Virus record (IMG/VR): IMGVR_UViG_2700989102_000001
Location: 42,328-106,327 of that record
Reading direction: 5' to 3' (one strand)
Length of the DNA: 64,000 bases
From: a virus
Taxonomy: Duplodnaviria; Caudoviricetes
In this document: piece by piece, positions 35,668-45,234 of the stretch
Position numbering within the stretch: position 1 is the first letter of the stretch
How the letters are laid out: each line of letters opens with the position of its first letter
The notes under the pieces: model-generated
What the model saw: the letters and a program-made list of their open reading frames with translations, nothing else
Database searches by the model: none
Told to the model about the DNA's origin: nothing
Position numbers and translations under genes: made by a program

Positions 35668-36152
35668 CCGACACTCGGCATAAGTACAACCTGAAGCGCT
35701 GGATGATGCACGCCCATGCCCTCGACACCCCCAATGGAAAGATAATCCTCTGCGGGGAGTGCGGCATAGAACTCACCGAGGAAACAGTCACCATAGGCCA
35801 CTGGCCGGTGCCCGCATACCTCGGTGGGACATGGACCCGCAACAACGTCCGACCGGAGTGTTTCGAGTGCAACGCCGGCGAGGGCTCCGCGATGTCCAGA
35901 CTCCCCGCGAAACTCGTGTGGGAGATTGTCTACGAGCGGGCCACCGGCTTCATCTACTTAGAAAAGATGAAGCGGTTGGGGTTAACACCCATCAAAGTGT
36001 CCCCGAATTTTGGAAAAGTCCACCGCAAAGCCGTAAAGATGGGCAAGGGGTGGGCGGCGATGCCCAAACACACCCCCTACCGCCCGCGGATGTGGCGGAT
36101 ATCAGGAGAATGCCTTGAAGAAAAAGCTGAAGGTAACCCTGTATTCCAGTGA
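35664..36152 (+). CDS. HNH-like nuclease domain protein
   Basis: CGECG...TIGH.PVP...GG....NVRPECFECN. Confidence 0.65.
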   Translation: MTDTRHKYNLKRWMMHAHALDTPNGKIILCGECGIELTEETVTIGHWPVPAYLGGTWTRNNVRPECFECNAGEGSAMSRLPAKLVWEIVYERATGFIYLEKMKRLGLTPIKVSPNFGKVHRKAVKMGKGWAAMPKHTPYRPRMWRISGECLEEKAEGNPVFQ

Positions 36153-36486
36153 TAATGGAATCCGGAGCGCCATAAGGACCGCATTCAGCGGTGCGGGCTA
36201 CGACCTCCTCGAGATCACTGATGCCTCCAAGGCCCCTCGGGTGGATCTCAACGAAGAGCAGCAGCCGGGGACGATCGGCCGCCTCCAACTCCCCGAGCGG
36301 GTAGACGCCGTGGTTACCAAGACGGGGCTCAATGCGCGGGTCGAAGGCTTAGCGGCTTCGTTGGCGCTCAAGCAGTCCAGGAACGATGTCTACTGCTACG
36401 TGATTCCAGAGGCTCTCGATGCACTGCGGGCCAAGCTCGATCGCATGGGTGAATTGGTCCTTGTGGGTGGTGATCAAGGTCGATGA
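36115..36486 (+). CDS. Hypothetical protein
   Basis: AGGAG SD, TTG start. Confidence 0.6.
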   Translation: MKKKLKVTLYSSDNGIRSAIRTAFSGAGYDLLEITDASKAPRVDLNEEQQPGTIGRLQLPERVDAVVTKTGLNARVEGLAASLALKQSRNDVYCYVIPEALDALRAKLDRMGELVLVGGDQGR

Positions 36487-36520
36487 GGCAGCCGAAGACT
36501 TTGAACGAATGGTCACATAA

Positions 36521-36709
36521 TTGATTACCCTTCTCTGGATATATCTATCCTTCGGGATCATCTCAGGCGTCTTCATAGGGGGCGCTTATCTTCTTGAGCA
36601 CCCCAATAAAGAGGGCGCGCTCGACTCTTTAGCCATTGCCCTGGTCACCACCGCCACTTGGCCATGGGTCGCCTGGATCGCCATCGGCGATCTTCTCAAT
36701 CTTCGATAA
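36521..36709 (+). CDS. Small membrane protein
   Basis: Two hydrophobic segments. Confidence 0.6.
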   Translation: MITLLWIYLSFGIISGVFIGGAYLLEHPNKEGALDSLAIALVTTATWPWVAWIAIGDLLNLR

Positions 36710-36720
36710 CGGAGAAAGCC

Positions 36721-38061
36721 TTGAAATTCGATCCGCCCGCCAACAGCAACTACGCCTGCACGGTTGTGAAGATCCCCGCGACCATTACCCTGCCGGGGTT
36801 GGACAATTTGGTTGGGGTTCCAGTTTTGGGCCACCAGGCGCTCACCCAGAAGGATAAACAGGCCGGCGAGCTGGCCTTGGCGTTCACCGCCGAGATTCAA
36901 CTCTCCGAGGAGTACGCCGCGTACAACAATCTGTTCCGCGACTCCTCCCTGAACCGCGACCAGGTCGAGAAGGGTTATCTTGAGGCCAATCGCCGGATCA
37001 GAGCCCTCAAGCTCCGCGGCCACCGCAGCGACGCCCTCCTGATGCCCCTGGAGTCACTCGCCTACACGGGCGTGGATGTCTCCCAGCTGCAAGAGGGCGA
37101 CGTGTTCGACGCCGTCAACGGCCACGAGATCTGCCGTAAATACACCCTTCCAGTGAAGCGGCAGCCGCAGGCCAAGTCCAAGGTGGAGAAGGCGTTCAAG
37201 AGGGTTGACACCAAGCTTTTCCCCGAGCATATCAGCACAGATCAGTTCCACCGCAATCAGCGCCTGTTGCGCCCGGGCCGGGAAATCGTGATCACCCAGA
37301 AGCTCCACGGGACCAGCATTCGCGTCGGCCGGGTCCCCTGCCTGCGCCAGAAGGGCCGCCTGGAGCGACTCCTGAATCGCTGGCTCCCGACGCCGGATTA
37401 CACCTACGACGCCGTGTTCGGCTCCCGCAAGGTGATCAAGGACGTCAACAACCCGAACCAGAATCACTACTACCAGTCGGACATCTGGACGGACTACGGC
37501 AAGAAGATCGCTGACCTCATCCCGGAGGGGTATATCGTCTACGGGGAGCTCATAGGGTGGACTCCCGTCAAGGACGGTATGCAGTTCGACACCTCGCCAA
37601 TTCAGAAGAATTACACCTACAACCTTCCCGAGGGCCAGGCGGAACTCTACGTCTACCGGGTGGCCACCATCAACACCCAGGGAACCCTTGCGGATCTTCC
37701 TTGGGACGCGGTGAAGGAATTCTGCCTCGCCCGGGGCCTGAAGTGGACCCCGGAGATGGGTCGCGTCTCCTTCGGCCCGCAAACGCTCTGGTCGGCCGAA
37801 GACATTGAGCAATATGTCAACGAATTGATGGATATGCGTTACGCGGACTACTACGACGAGGTCGTCGCCAAAGATGAGGAACTAGCGGCCATTTTTGAGC
37901 GTCCCATTCCATTGTCCGATAAGAAGACGGTGGACGAGGGCGTGGTGCTGCGCCAAGAGGGCATCGTCCCCGTTTTGCTAAAGGCTAAGGCACCGGCGTT
38001 CCTTCTTCACGAAACGAAGCTCCTCGACGCCGAAGAGCAAGACATCGAATCCGCCGCATAA
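36721..38061 (+). CDS. rnl: RNA ligase
   Basis: KLRGHRS N-domain; motif I TQKLHGTS, YGELIG, EGVVLR, KAKAP; GGAG SD with TTG start. Confidence 0.9.
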   Translation: MKFDPPANSNYACTVVKIPATITLPGLDNLVGVPVLGHQALTQKDKQAGELALAFTAEIQLSEEYAAYNNLFRDSSLNRDQVEKGYLEANRRIRALKLRGHRSDALLMPLESLAYTGVDVSQLQEGDVFDAVNGHEICRKYTLPVKRQPQAKSKVEKAFKRVDTKLFPEHISTDQFHRNQRLLRPGREIVITQKLHGTSIRVGRVPCLRQKGRLERLLNRWLPTPDYTYDAVFGSRKVIKDVNNPNQNHYYQSDIWTDYGKKIADLIPEGYIVYGELIGWTPVKDGMQFDTSPIQKNYTYNLPEGQAELYVYRVATINTQGTLADLPWDAVKEFCLARGLKWTPEMGRVSFGPQTLWSAEDIEQYVNELMDMRYADYYDEVVAKDEELAAIFERPIPLSDKKTVDEGVVLRQEGIVPVLLKAKAPAFLLHETKLLDAEEQDIESAA

Positions 38062-38071
38062 GGAGTTTTGA

Positions 38072-38782
38072 TTGAACGACTGGGACGAGGCCCGCAGAAA
38101 GAGCCTGGAACTCCAAAAGCTGGAACTCGATGTCGAGAACGCCAAGCTGGATCTCCGCCGGCTCGCCGCGGAGGCGGAGGAGAAAGAGCACCAGGCGGCG
38201 CTGGCCGCCATCAGGCTGCGGGAGGCCGAGGCGGAAGAGGTTGAGCGGGATTCCTCGGATGCCGCCAACTACACCTATCGGTTTGCCGACGAGGTGGATG
38301 ACGACTCGATCTTCGCTTTGATGGACACGGTGAACGCCTGGCACCGCCAGGACCCGGAGTCGAAGTGGAATTTGATCGTTGACTCCCCGGGTGGATACTG
38401 CAATTCGGGCTTCCACGCCATCGACCAGCTGATCGAGTATTCGGTGTGGGGCGGCGGCTCCCACCACATCACCATGACGGTAAGGGGCATGGCCGCCTCT
38501 ATGGGCGGAATCATTCTCCAGGCTGCGGATGAGAGGGTTATGGGAAGAAACGCCCAGATCCTTATCCATCCCATCTCGTCGGGGCTATACGGCGGCAGGG
38601 GCGAACTCCATGACTACATGGGTCGCATTGAGATGCTCACCGCGCAGGCCGAGAAACTCTTCAAGCACCGCGCAGGGAAGAAGCTTCCCAGGAAGAAACT
38701 TAAAAACGCGCTTATGCATAAGAACTGGTGGATCGGTGCTGAAGAGGCGCTGGAGTACGCCCTCGTAGACAGGATTGGATAA
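38072..38782 (+). CDS. ClpP-like protease with N-terminal coiled coil
   Basis: DSPGG, GMAASMG (Ser), ILIHP (His), AEEALEYALVDRI. Confidence 0.88.
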   Translation: MNDWDEARRKSLELQKLELDVENAKLDLRRLAAEAEEKEHQAALAAIRLREAEAEEVERDSSDAANYTYRFADEVDDDSIFALMDTVNAWHRQDPESKWNLIVDSPGGYCNSGFHAIDQLIEYSVWGGGSHHITMTVRGMAASMGGIILQAADERVMGRNAQILIHPISSGLYGGRGELHDYMGRIEMLTAQAEKLFKHRAGKKLPRKKLKNALMHKNWWIGAEEALEYALVDRIG

Positions 38783-39312
38783 TGAGTCGTCAAATAGTCG
38801 TGGTGGACACGGAGACCGGGGGGCTCGGTCCCAACGCTCCGGTGTTGGAGATCGCAGCGGTCAATGTCGAGACCGGGGAGGAATTTCGTGTCGTCCCGTT
38901 CCTCACGGCGGCGCAACTCTCCTCCTGCGAACCCGAGGCGCTCGCCATCAATCGATTCTATGAGCGCCGGGTGTTCGCGGACATGCTAGAGAACGCCGGG
39001 GGGAATAAGAACGCTTTCGGCTGGCTGCGCAGCATGCTTGACGGAAATGTGTTCGCAGGCTCAAACCCGGCATTTGACGCGCCGCTAATCGCCAAACTGT
39101 TGAACGGCGAGCCGTGGCATCATCGCAAACTTGCGCTGGAATCGTATGCGGCAGGCGTGCTGGGCCTGCCCCTCGACGAGCTCCCGGGCCTCAACAAGGT
39201 CTGCGAAATCCTCGGGGTAGAGAATGAAGACCCCCATTCCGCACTGGGGGACGCGCGGGCCACGGCCGAGTGCTTCCGAAGGTTGCGGGCCGAGCGATCG
39301 GTAATGGCGTGA
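38782..39312 (+). CDS. DnaQ-like DEDDh 3'-5' exonuclease
   Basis: VDTETGGL, NPAFD, HSALGDA. Confidence 0.9.
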   Translation: MSRQIVVVDTETGGLGPNAPVLEIAAVNVETGEEFRVVPFLTAAQLSSCEPEALAINRFYERRVFADMLENAGGNKNAFGWLRSMLDGNVFAGSNPAFDAPLIAKLLNGEPWHHRKLALESYAAGVLGLPLDELPGLNKVCEILGVENEDPHSALGDARATAECFRRLRAERSVMA

Positions 39313-39343
39313 TGATCCGCTACGAAGATCGGGTCTACCGGCC

Positions 39344-39550
39344 GTGAACCTTATCGCCGAATTCGACCAGCAGTTGGCCTACGCAGAAGAAGTCGTCGAT
39401 TATCTGATCGGGCGGGTGGGCGCCGGCTCTAAATTCTCCCGCCTCCAATCCCTGGTGGTTGAGGATATCGACAGCTTCAAGCAGTTCTCTACTTTCGACT
39501 TGAAGCTTCTCTTGGCCATAGCGATAGACAGGTTGGCGAACTATGAGTGA
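39344..39550 (+). CDS. Hypothetical protein, paralog of 46736-47002
   Basis: LIA.FDQQ...LL..AI.RLA. Confidence 0.6.
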   Translation: MNLIAEFDQQLAYAEEVVDYLIGRVGAGSKFSRLQSLVVEDIDSFKQFSTFDLKLLLAIAIDRLANYE

Positions 39551-39806
39551 GGACATTATAGAGCTCGCTGAAGCGCTAAAGGCGGCCCGCGAAGAACTCG
39601 CTGAGAACGCTGGAGTCATCAAGGCGCTTCGGCGGCAGCGCGACGTGGCCGAAAACCGCGTCGCATTCCTGGAGCGGGCCCTGCGTAACGCGGAGACTTT
39701 CGCAGAGGCGGCCCGGGTGGACCCGGAGGACGCCATAGAGGTGAACCTCGACGAGGGCGAATCGCGGAGCTTTCTGCTGAAAGACGTCGAACGACCACAT
39801 TCATAA
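39543..39806 (+). CDS. Coiled-coil hypothetical protein
   Basis: ORF track. Confidence 0.6.
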   Translation: MSEDIIELAEALKAAREELAENAGVIKALRRQRDVAENRVAFLERALRNAETFAEAARVDPEDAIEVNLDEGESRSFLLKDVERPHS

Positions 39807-40403
39807 ATGTCGTCGAACGACAACAGGGGGGTTGGGTTGGGCGAGGTCAAACACGGCAGGGACGACAAGCTTGAGGCGGATGCCGACAAGTGGCTCGCCC
39901 GGGGCGTCGGGAAGAATAAGCGCGGCCTTGAACGCGACCTCGAAAAGGTTCGTTACGAATCAGGTTCCGTTTCTGCGGCCGAGTTGAGGTTTTACGACCC
40001 TACCAACAACTGGGATAGTAAAGATTCGGCGTATACAATTTACGTCGCGCCAACTGACCTTGAGGGCGTTGAGCCCACAGCATGCGTGGATGGCAATGTC
40101 CGGGCCAGAAGCCGCGAGGACCCCAACTTGCCCGATGGGACCTGGGGCAGGGCCGGCGCGGAAGAACTGAAGGGTATGCGTCGCCACGTTGAGGATGACG
40201 ATAGCGGCGGATCAACTTTCGAGTTCATTCCATTACTCGGCGCCAATGAGATCACGTCGGGGAAAGCGTGCACCAAATGTGGACTGAGGAAGCGGTTGGA
40301 GTACTTCTCTCCAGATTCGAGAAGCGGCGATGGCCTGCACTCATGGTGCAAGCGATGCCGTAAAGAATCCGCGAGGAATGCCTACGTCAGAAAAATTGAA
40401 TAA
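39807..40403 (+). CDS. Hypothetical protein with C-terminal zinc finger
   Basis: CTKC...F....DGLHSWCKRC. Confidence 0.65.
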   Translation: MSSNDNRGVGLGEVKHGRDDKLEADADKWLARGVGKNKRGLERDLEKVRYESGSVSAAELRFYDPTNNWDSKDSAYTIYVAPTDLEGVEPTACVDGNVRARSREDPNLPDGTWGRAGAEELKGMRRHVEDDDSGGSTFEFIPLLGANEITSGKACTKCGLRKRLEYFSPDSRSGDGLHSWCKRCRKESARNAYVRKIE

Positions 40404-40490
40404 TCGCAGGTCAGGTTGGTAATTATTTTCAACCCGATAGTGGAGGGGAATAAAAGATTTTCCACAGACTATAGAGGGTTGGGCTGAGCT

Positions 40491-40700
40491 ATGGCGATGG
40501 GCGACGATGCACCTCCGGAGCCCTGCCTGGTGGACGGTTGTTACGGGGATCGCATTTACGGTAGTTGCATGTGCCGCGCCCATACAATGGCGGGCGCAAA
40601 CCCTCTCGGCCCCGACGAGGAATGGACCTGCGAATGCGGCGGCTGGGACCCGTGGTGCGACCACGATGTCATCTTTGATGAGCCCTACCTCTTAGACTAA
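40491..40700 (+). CDS. Small Cys-rich protein
   Basis: ORF track. Confidence 0.5.
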   Translation: MAMGDDAPPEPCLVDGCYGDRIYGSCMCRAHTMAGANPLGPDEEWTCECGGWDPWCDHDVIFDEPYLLD

Positions 40701-40701
40701 A

Positions 40702-40843
40702 CGGGGCCAGCCGGATAACCTCGCGAGCGCAAAGCCAAACAACCGGCACTAAAGCCAGGTCGCTGCTCCCTGCGGGTAGAGCGGCGGCCCCGGCCGGTCC
40801 ATCAGCCCCAGTGCACGGGGGAGAGCAACCTGGTGGACCGGCC
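40702..40843 (+). ncRNA. Putative structured intergenic RNA
   Basis: Two multi-stem domains closed by 7-bp and 10-bp perfect helices. Confidence 0.45.
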
Positions 40844-40879
40844 ATCTCTTCTTTAGGGGTATTCAATGAAGGATGCTGC

Positions 40880-41125
40880 GTGAACGCCCGGGAGAAGTGG
40901 CTGCAGATCATAGCCGACATTGTCGAATATGAACTGTGTGCCGATCAGGGTCAACTGCTCAGCGAAGAGGCTGACAGGTGGATTGAACGCTCGCCAGTGC
41001 TCGCGAGGGGAATCATCCTGGGGGTCGGCGCGGCCCTCACCCTTCATTTAGCCAACGCCATCCCACCCAAGTGGGATGTCATCTCCAAGGGATTCTTCCT
41101 TTGGGGTCGCATTCGAAATAGCTAA
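40880..41125 (+). CDS. Hypothetical membrane-associated protein
   Basis: AAGGA SD; YEL....QLLSE..DRW...P. Confidence 0.65.
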   Translation: MNAREKWLQIIADIVEYELCADQGQLLSEEADRWIERSPVLARGIILGVGAALTLHLANAIPPKWDVISKGFFLWGRIRNS

Positions 41126-41149
41126 TCGCCAAATCAAAGGGGAACTTGA

Positions 41150-41881
41150 ATGGCGAGCGTAAAACGACTGTACGTTGGTGGCCCCATGAGTCCGGAATCA
41201 TTCGGACTGACGGAGACGCCCACCGACTGGGATTGGAACCATCCAGCCTTCAACAAGGCTGCAGAGTTCTATCGTTCACAGGGGTACGAGGTTGTCAACC
41301 CCGCCGAGATGGACGCCGAAGCCGGAGATGTCGGGGCACTCGAATGGCACGAGTATCTTCGCCGGGATATCAAGGTCCTGGCCGACTGCACCCATATTGC
41401 CATGCTCCCCGGCTGGGAGAACAGCAAGGGCGCGCAGCTAGAGCACCACATCGCCCAGGAATTGGGCTTGACGGTGGAATACCTCGGGGACACCCCTCGA
41501 CTGAATATTCTCGACGGTACGACCGAATTCATGCGCCTGGGTCGACAGAATGTCGACGGCGGGCAGTTCAACGACTACGCCATTCGCGAACTTCGCTACA
41601 AGCTCCTGAAAGAGGAGTACGGGGAGTGGGAATGGGCCGATCTCCACGGCGATCTCGTAGAGGTTGTTGACGGCCTCCTGGACATCATTGTGGTGGCCTG
41701 GGGGTCTCTCCTGGCATTCGTCGGCGAAGATAAGGCCAAGGCTGCCGCGGCAGAGGTTGTGCGCTCCAATCTTGACAAAGTCAAGGGCGAGGGTCTGCCG
41801 ACCTTCAATGCGGCCGGCAAGATCCAGAAACCGCCGGGTTGGCGTGCCCCCGACATCGCGGGGGTGCTGGGGGTCAAATGA
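41150..41881 (+). CDS. DUF4406/deoxyribosyltransferase-like domain fused to MazG-like NTP pyrophosphatase
   Basis: YVGGPM, NPAE, LPGWENSKGAQLE; EEYGE..D.L.DI..V, SNLDK, GKIQKP.GW..PDI. Confidence 0.8.
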   Translation: MASVKRLYVGGPMSPESFGLTETPTDWDWNHPAFNKAAEFYRSQGYEVVNPAEMDAEAGDVGALEWHEYLRRDIKVLADCTHIAMLPGWENSKGAQLEHHIAQELGLTVEYLGDTPRLNILDGTTEFMRLGRQNVDGGQFNDYAIRELRYKLLKEEYGEWEWADLHGDLVEVVDGLLDIIVVAWGSLLAFVGEDKAKAAAAEVVRSNLDKVKGEGLPTFNAAGKIQKPPGWRAPDIAGVLGVK

Positions 41882-42444
41882 GTTACGCCTGCATCCGGTG
41901 TGAAACCCCGCTCCCGCGCAAGCGCGTCACGGGCCAGTGTCGCGAATGCTTTCTAAAGTCCAGCTCTACCGGTAAGCGCTGCGCGGACTGCGGCCGGCGC
42001 TGCAAGCGGAGCGAGGTCCGGTGCCCCGCGTGCCGCGGGGCGGCGCCCACGAGGGTGTGTCCAGACTGCGGCGGCAAGAAGACGCTTAGGTCGTTTCGCT
42101 GCTCGGGCTGCCACAACAGGCTTGTCCGGGCGGGCGAGAGGGGCAAGGATCACCGCGCCTGGAAGGGCGGCAGGGTTGAGTGCAAGGACGGGTACGTCCG
42201 CATCTACATGCCCGACCATCCGCGCGCCCATAATGGCCGGTACGTACTTGAGCATATCGCCGTAATGGAGCGGGAGCTGGGGCGATACCTGCATCCAGAC
42301 GAGCGTGTCCATCACCGCAATAAGGTGCGAAACGATAATAGGCCAGAGAACCTCGAACTCTGGTCGGTGGGGCACCCCGCGGGTGCCCGAGTCGAGGATT
42401 TGGTTACTTGGGCCAGGGAAGTGCTCACCCGCTATGACAGTTAA
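41878..42444 (+). CDS. HNH endonuclease with zinc-finger repeats
   Basis: Several CxxC; WKGG, EHIAVME..LGR, VHHRN..RNDNRPENLELW. Confidence 0.88.
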   Translation: MSYACIRCETPLPRKRVTGQCRECFLKSSSTGKRCADCGRRCKRSEVRCPACRGAAPTRVCPDCGGKKTLRSFRCSGCHNRLVRAGERGKDHRAWKGGRVECKDGYVRIYMPDHPRAHNGRYVLEHIAVMERELGRYLHPDERVHHRNKVRNDNRPENLELWSVGHPAGARVEDLVTWAREVLTRYDS

Positions 42445-42823
42445 AGAAGAAATCCGTACAGTATCGTCGACTGGTGCCCGTAAGGGCACAAAGATGTGTA
42501 GGCCGGACCTTATCCCCGCCAAGGCTCACATGGAGTTGGCGACCCACTATGCCCATGGGGCCGCCAAGTACACCGAGTACGACAACAAGGGGAATGTGAC
42601 CCACGAGGGCGGTAATAATTGGCGCCTGGGTTACGAGTGGTCTAAGTCCATCGCCGCCCTGGAGCGGCACCTGCTCGCATTCAAGTCCGGCGAGGACTAT
42701 GACGCCGAGTTCGGCAGCAAGCACATTATTGCCGCGGCGTGGCATTGCATGACGCTCGCGACATTCATGGACGAGCATCCTGAGTTCGATGACCGCTGGT
42801 CGACCATAAGTAAACGAACCTAA
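42434..42823 (+). CDS. dATP/dGTP diphosphohydrolase-like (DUF5664) protein
   Basis: DLIP, GAAKY, NWRLG..WS, ALERH, H...AAW. Confidence 0.75.
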   Translation: MTVKEEIRTVSSTGARKGTKMCRPDLIPAKAHMELATHYAHGAAKYTEYDNKGNVTHEGGNNWRLGYEWSKSIAALERHLLAFKSGEDYDAEFGSKHIIAAAWHCMTLATFMDEHPEFDDRWSTISKRT

Positions 42824-42836
42824 AGGGGGAGCGACC

Positions 42837-43070
42837 ATGTCGCTTACCGACAGGCTTGCCGCTCGTCGGCAGTACGCAACACTTTCCAACAATGGCTGTG
42901 CCACCTGCAAGTGGCTGGCCACCCGCTCCAATCAGGAGCGCGCCGATATCGACGCATGGATTGATGCAGGGCTGTCTTTGACCCCTTTGCATGAGGAATG
43001 TGTCGCCGAGGGTCTGCCGGTGGGTTTGTCCGCCTTTACGGGCCACGTCAGGAAGTGTCATAAACGGTGA
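42837..43070 (+). CDS. Small zinc-binding protein
   Basis: CATC...H.R.CH. Confidence 0.65.
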   Translation: MSLTDRLAARRQYATLSNNGCATCKWLATRSNQERADIDAWIDAGLSLTPLHEECVAEGLPVGLSAFTGHVRKCHKR

Positions 43071-44227
43071 GCGACGAGAAGAGTTTGGGCGACCGCCTGG
43101 CGGAGCGATTGTCGGAGCAAAAGCCCGACAACGCCCCCATTGTGCCCCGCACCGAGTTTGACGGTTCAACGGGGCATATCCAGACGGGGCCAATGGAAGA
43201 GGCGCCCGACGACTTCTCCGCATTGCTGGAACAGTTCGGGTACGACCCGCAGAAGGTCAGGATCGTCGGCAACCCGCGCACGTCGCGTTGGCAGGCTTTT
43301 GACGGCCGCTGGCTGACCGCCTACCGCTTCCATATTGCCCAGACGATGCCCGGACTGGATCTGCCGGCGCTTTACGCCGCCGTGGAGCGGGATCACGAGG
43401 TTCGCACCTCAGCCCGCGTAGACGGTGAGGCTACCGTTGTGGTGGCGTGGGGCGACGTCCAGACCGGCAAGGTGGACCACCTCGGCGGCATGGAGGAGCT
43501 CCTTCACCGTCTTCAGGACAAGCGTGACGCTCTGCGTGAGTACCTGGCGCGTACCCCGCATGATCACATCGTGATTGCCGATGTTGGCGATATTATCGAG
43601 GGCTTCGACAACGTCGACTCTCAGATTCGCACCAACGGGCTTTCCCTGATGGACCAGGTGGAGGTGGCGGCGACGGAGTTCTGGAAGACCATCAAACTGT
43701 GCACCGAATACGCGCCGGTCGATGTTCTGTCCATCCCGTCCAATCACTGCGCCTGGCGCCGCGGCAGCAAGCAGATCGCGGGCCTACCCAACGATGACTG
43801 GGGTATCCACATCTCCAAGCGCCTGGAGGGGCTGAGCAACGAGCTCGGCCTGGGCGTGAAGTTCCATCGCCCCGAATCCGAGTACCTGGAGATGCTGGAG
43901 TTCGACATTCGCGGCACCCGCCTCGGATTGGCCCACGGGCATCAGGCGAAAAATCCGAAGAACGTTTGCGATTGGTGGGCGAAGATGTCCCACGCTGGCG
44001 AACTGTCTTGCGACGTTCTCCTCACCGGACACTTCCATTTCCCGACGTTCCGCCCCTCCGGCCGGAATCCTCGCACGGGCCGGACCAAGTGGCATGTGCA
44101 GTGCAGCACCCTCGACAACGGGTCCGCCTGGGTCCGGAACGCCTTCGGTGAAGACGGCGACCCGGCTTTGACGGTGTTCACCATTGATGAGAACGGCTTC
44201 AATGTGAGTGGGTTCGCGCTGCTGTGA
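43067..44227 (+). CDS. Metallophosphoesterase (Mre11-like nuclease)
   Basis: GD.Q.GK, GDIIEG, SNH, AHGH, GHFH. Confidence 0.85.
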   Translation: MSDEKSLGDRLAERLSEQKPDNAPIVPRTEFDGSTGHIQTGPMEEAPDDFSALLEQFGYDPQKVRIVGNPRTSRWQAFDGRWLTAYRFHIAQTMPGLDLPALYAAVERDHEVRTSARVDGEATVVVAWGDVQTGKVDHLGGMEELLHRLQDKRDALREYLARTPHDHIVIADVGDIIEGFDNVDSQIRTNGLSLMDQVEVAATEFWKTIKLCTEYAPVDVLSIPSNHCAWRRGSKQIAGLPNDDWGIHISKRLEGLSNELGLGVKFHRPESEYLEMLEFDIRGTRLGLAHGHQAKNPKNVCDWWAKMSHAGELSCDVLLTGHFHFPTFRPSGRNPRTGRTKWHVQCSTLDNGSAWVRNAFGEDGDPALTVFTIDENGFNVSGFALL

Positions 44228-44466
44228 CCCGCAAAAGGTTTGAGCCAACGGATGAGGCTTGGGCGCTCTACGCCAAGGCGCTGGAAACCGAGGTCGCGGG
44301 GCCGCCTCCACCCCTCGAAGAGGTCCTCTGGGAGCGCCTGGAGGAGTTGGAGCGCCGGGTCGCCCAATTGGAATCCCACCGCCACGTTATCGGCGACGGC
44401 ATGATCAATGGCCGTTACGAGAAGTTCGCCACCGGGGAGCCTATCGGCCCTCGTGAGGAAAGGTAG
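44224..44466 (+). CDS. Hypothetical protein
   Basis: Coupled ORF. Confidence 0.55.
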   Translation: MTRKRFEPTDEAWALYAKALETEVAGPPPPLEEVLWERLEELERRVAQLESHRHVIGDGMINGRYEKFATGEPIGPREER

Positions 44467-44471
44467 TCGTT

Positions 44472-44705
44472 TTGCACGACGAAGATTGCACCTGCGGTAT
44501 CCCCGAGGGCGCGGTGGTCATGAATGTTTTGACGGTTGTCGAATACATGACCGAGGATGGCGAAATCTGGAAGGGCGACTTCTCCCACGATAGCGCCGGG
44601 AACGAAATGGACCACGGCAAACTTCTGGAGTTGTGCGAGTGGGCCCGCATGATCAGGTCAATGTCGATCATGGCAGACATGATCCATGACCTAGAGGACG
44701 AATAA
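44472..44705 (+). CDS. Hypothetical protein
   Basis: ORF track. Confidence 0.55.
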   Translation: MHDEDCTCGIPEGAVVMNVLTVVEYMTEDGEIWKGDFSHDSAGNEMDHGKLLELCEWARMIRSMSIMADMIHDLEDE

Positions 44706-44731
44706 CAACTAATCTTCAGGGGAACGAAGAT

Positions 44732-44983
44732 ATGGCACGATTCCGAGATATTCGCCCTCAGCTCCTTAAGGGTGTGCACGAACAAGACTACGACAATCCG
44801 GCTACTCCGAAGTGGATCTCTCCACTGGCCTCCGGGTTTCTGATCGCCAAGGAGCTGGGGATTGACCTCCCCACCCCCAAGCAGAACCGCGCAGGCAGGC
44901 GTAGGGCAGGCGTTAGGCGGTTGCGCCGGCGCCTACCCGGTGTCGCCATTGCGAAGACCCAGCAGCCCTGGAGGATGAAGTGA
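44732..44983 (+). CDS. Basic hypothetical protein
   Basis: ORF with SD. Confidence 0.55.
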   Translation: MARFRDIRPQLLKGVHEQDYDNPATPKWISPLASGFLIAKELGIDLPTPKQNRAGRRRAGVRRLRRRLPGVAIAKTQQPWRMK

Positions 44984-45234
44984 TCCTCACGAACTCTCTG
45001 GGCGACGTGAAGTACGTTCTCGCCGTCGACGACACCCCAAAGAATCCTGTCGAGGGCTACGAGTCATACCGGGTTCGCGGCGGGGTCGCCCTCCGTGACG
45101 CGCGAATTGTCGACGTCCCGCTGCCTATGCAGGTGACGGTGACCCCCGGCTGGCTGGAGGAGATGCGCAGCGGCTTCTGGCCCGGCGACGATGCCCTGCT
45201 CGCTTTCGAACTGCTGAAGGACGCCGCCAAATGA
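44980..45234 (+). CDS. Hypothetical protein
   Basis: Coupled ORF with GGAGG SD. Confidence 0.6.
   Translation: MILTNSLGDVKYVLAVDDTPKNPVEGYESYRVRGGVALRDARIVDVPLPMQVTVTPGWLEEMRSGFWPGDDALLAFELLKDAAK

Noticed and set aside
40702-40792. Twister or hammerhead ribozyme
   Set aside because: TAAC and AAGCC fragments are present but the full conserved cores could not be placed
41150-42823. Z-genome (2-aminoadenine) pathway
   Set aside because: No purZ or dedicated polymerase in the window
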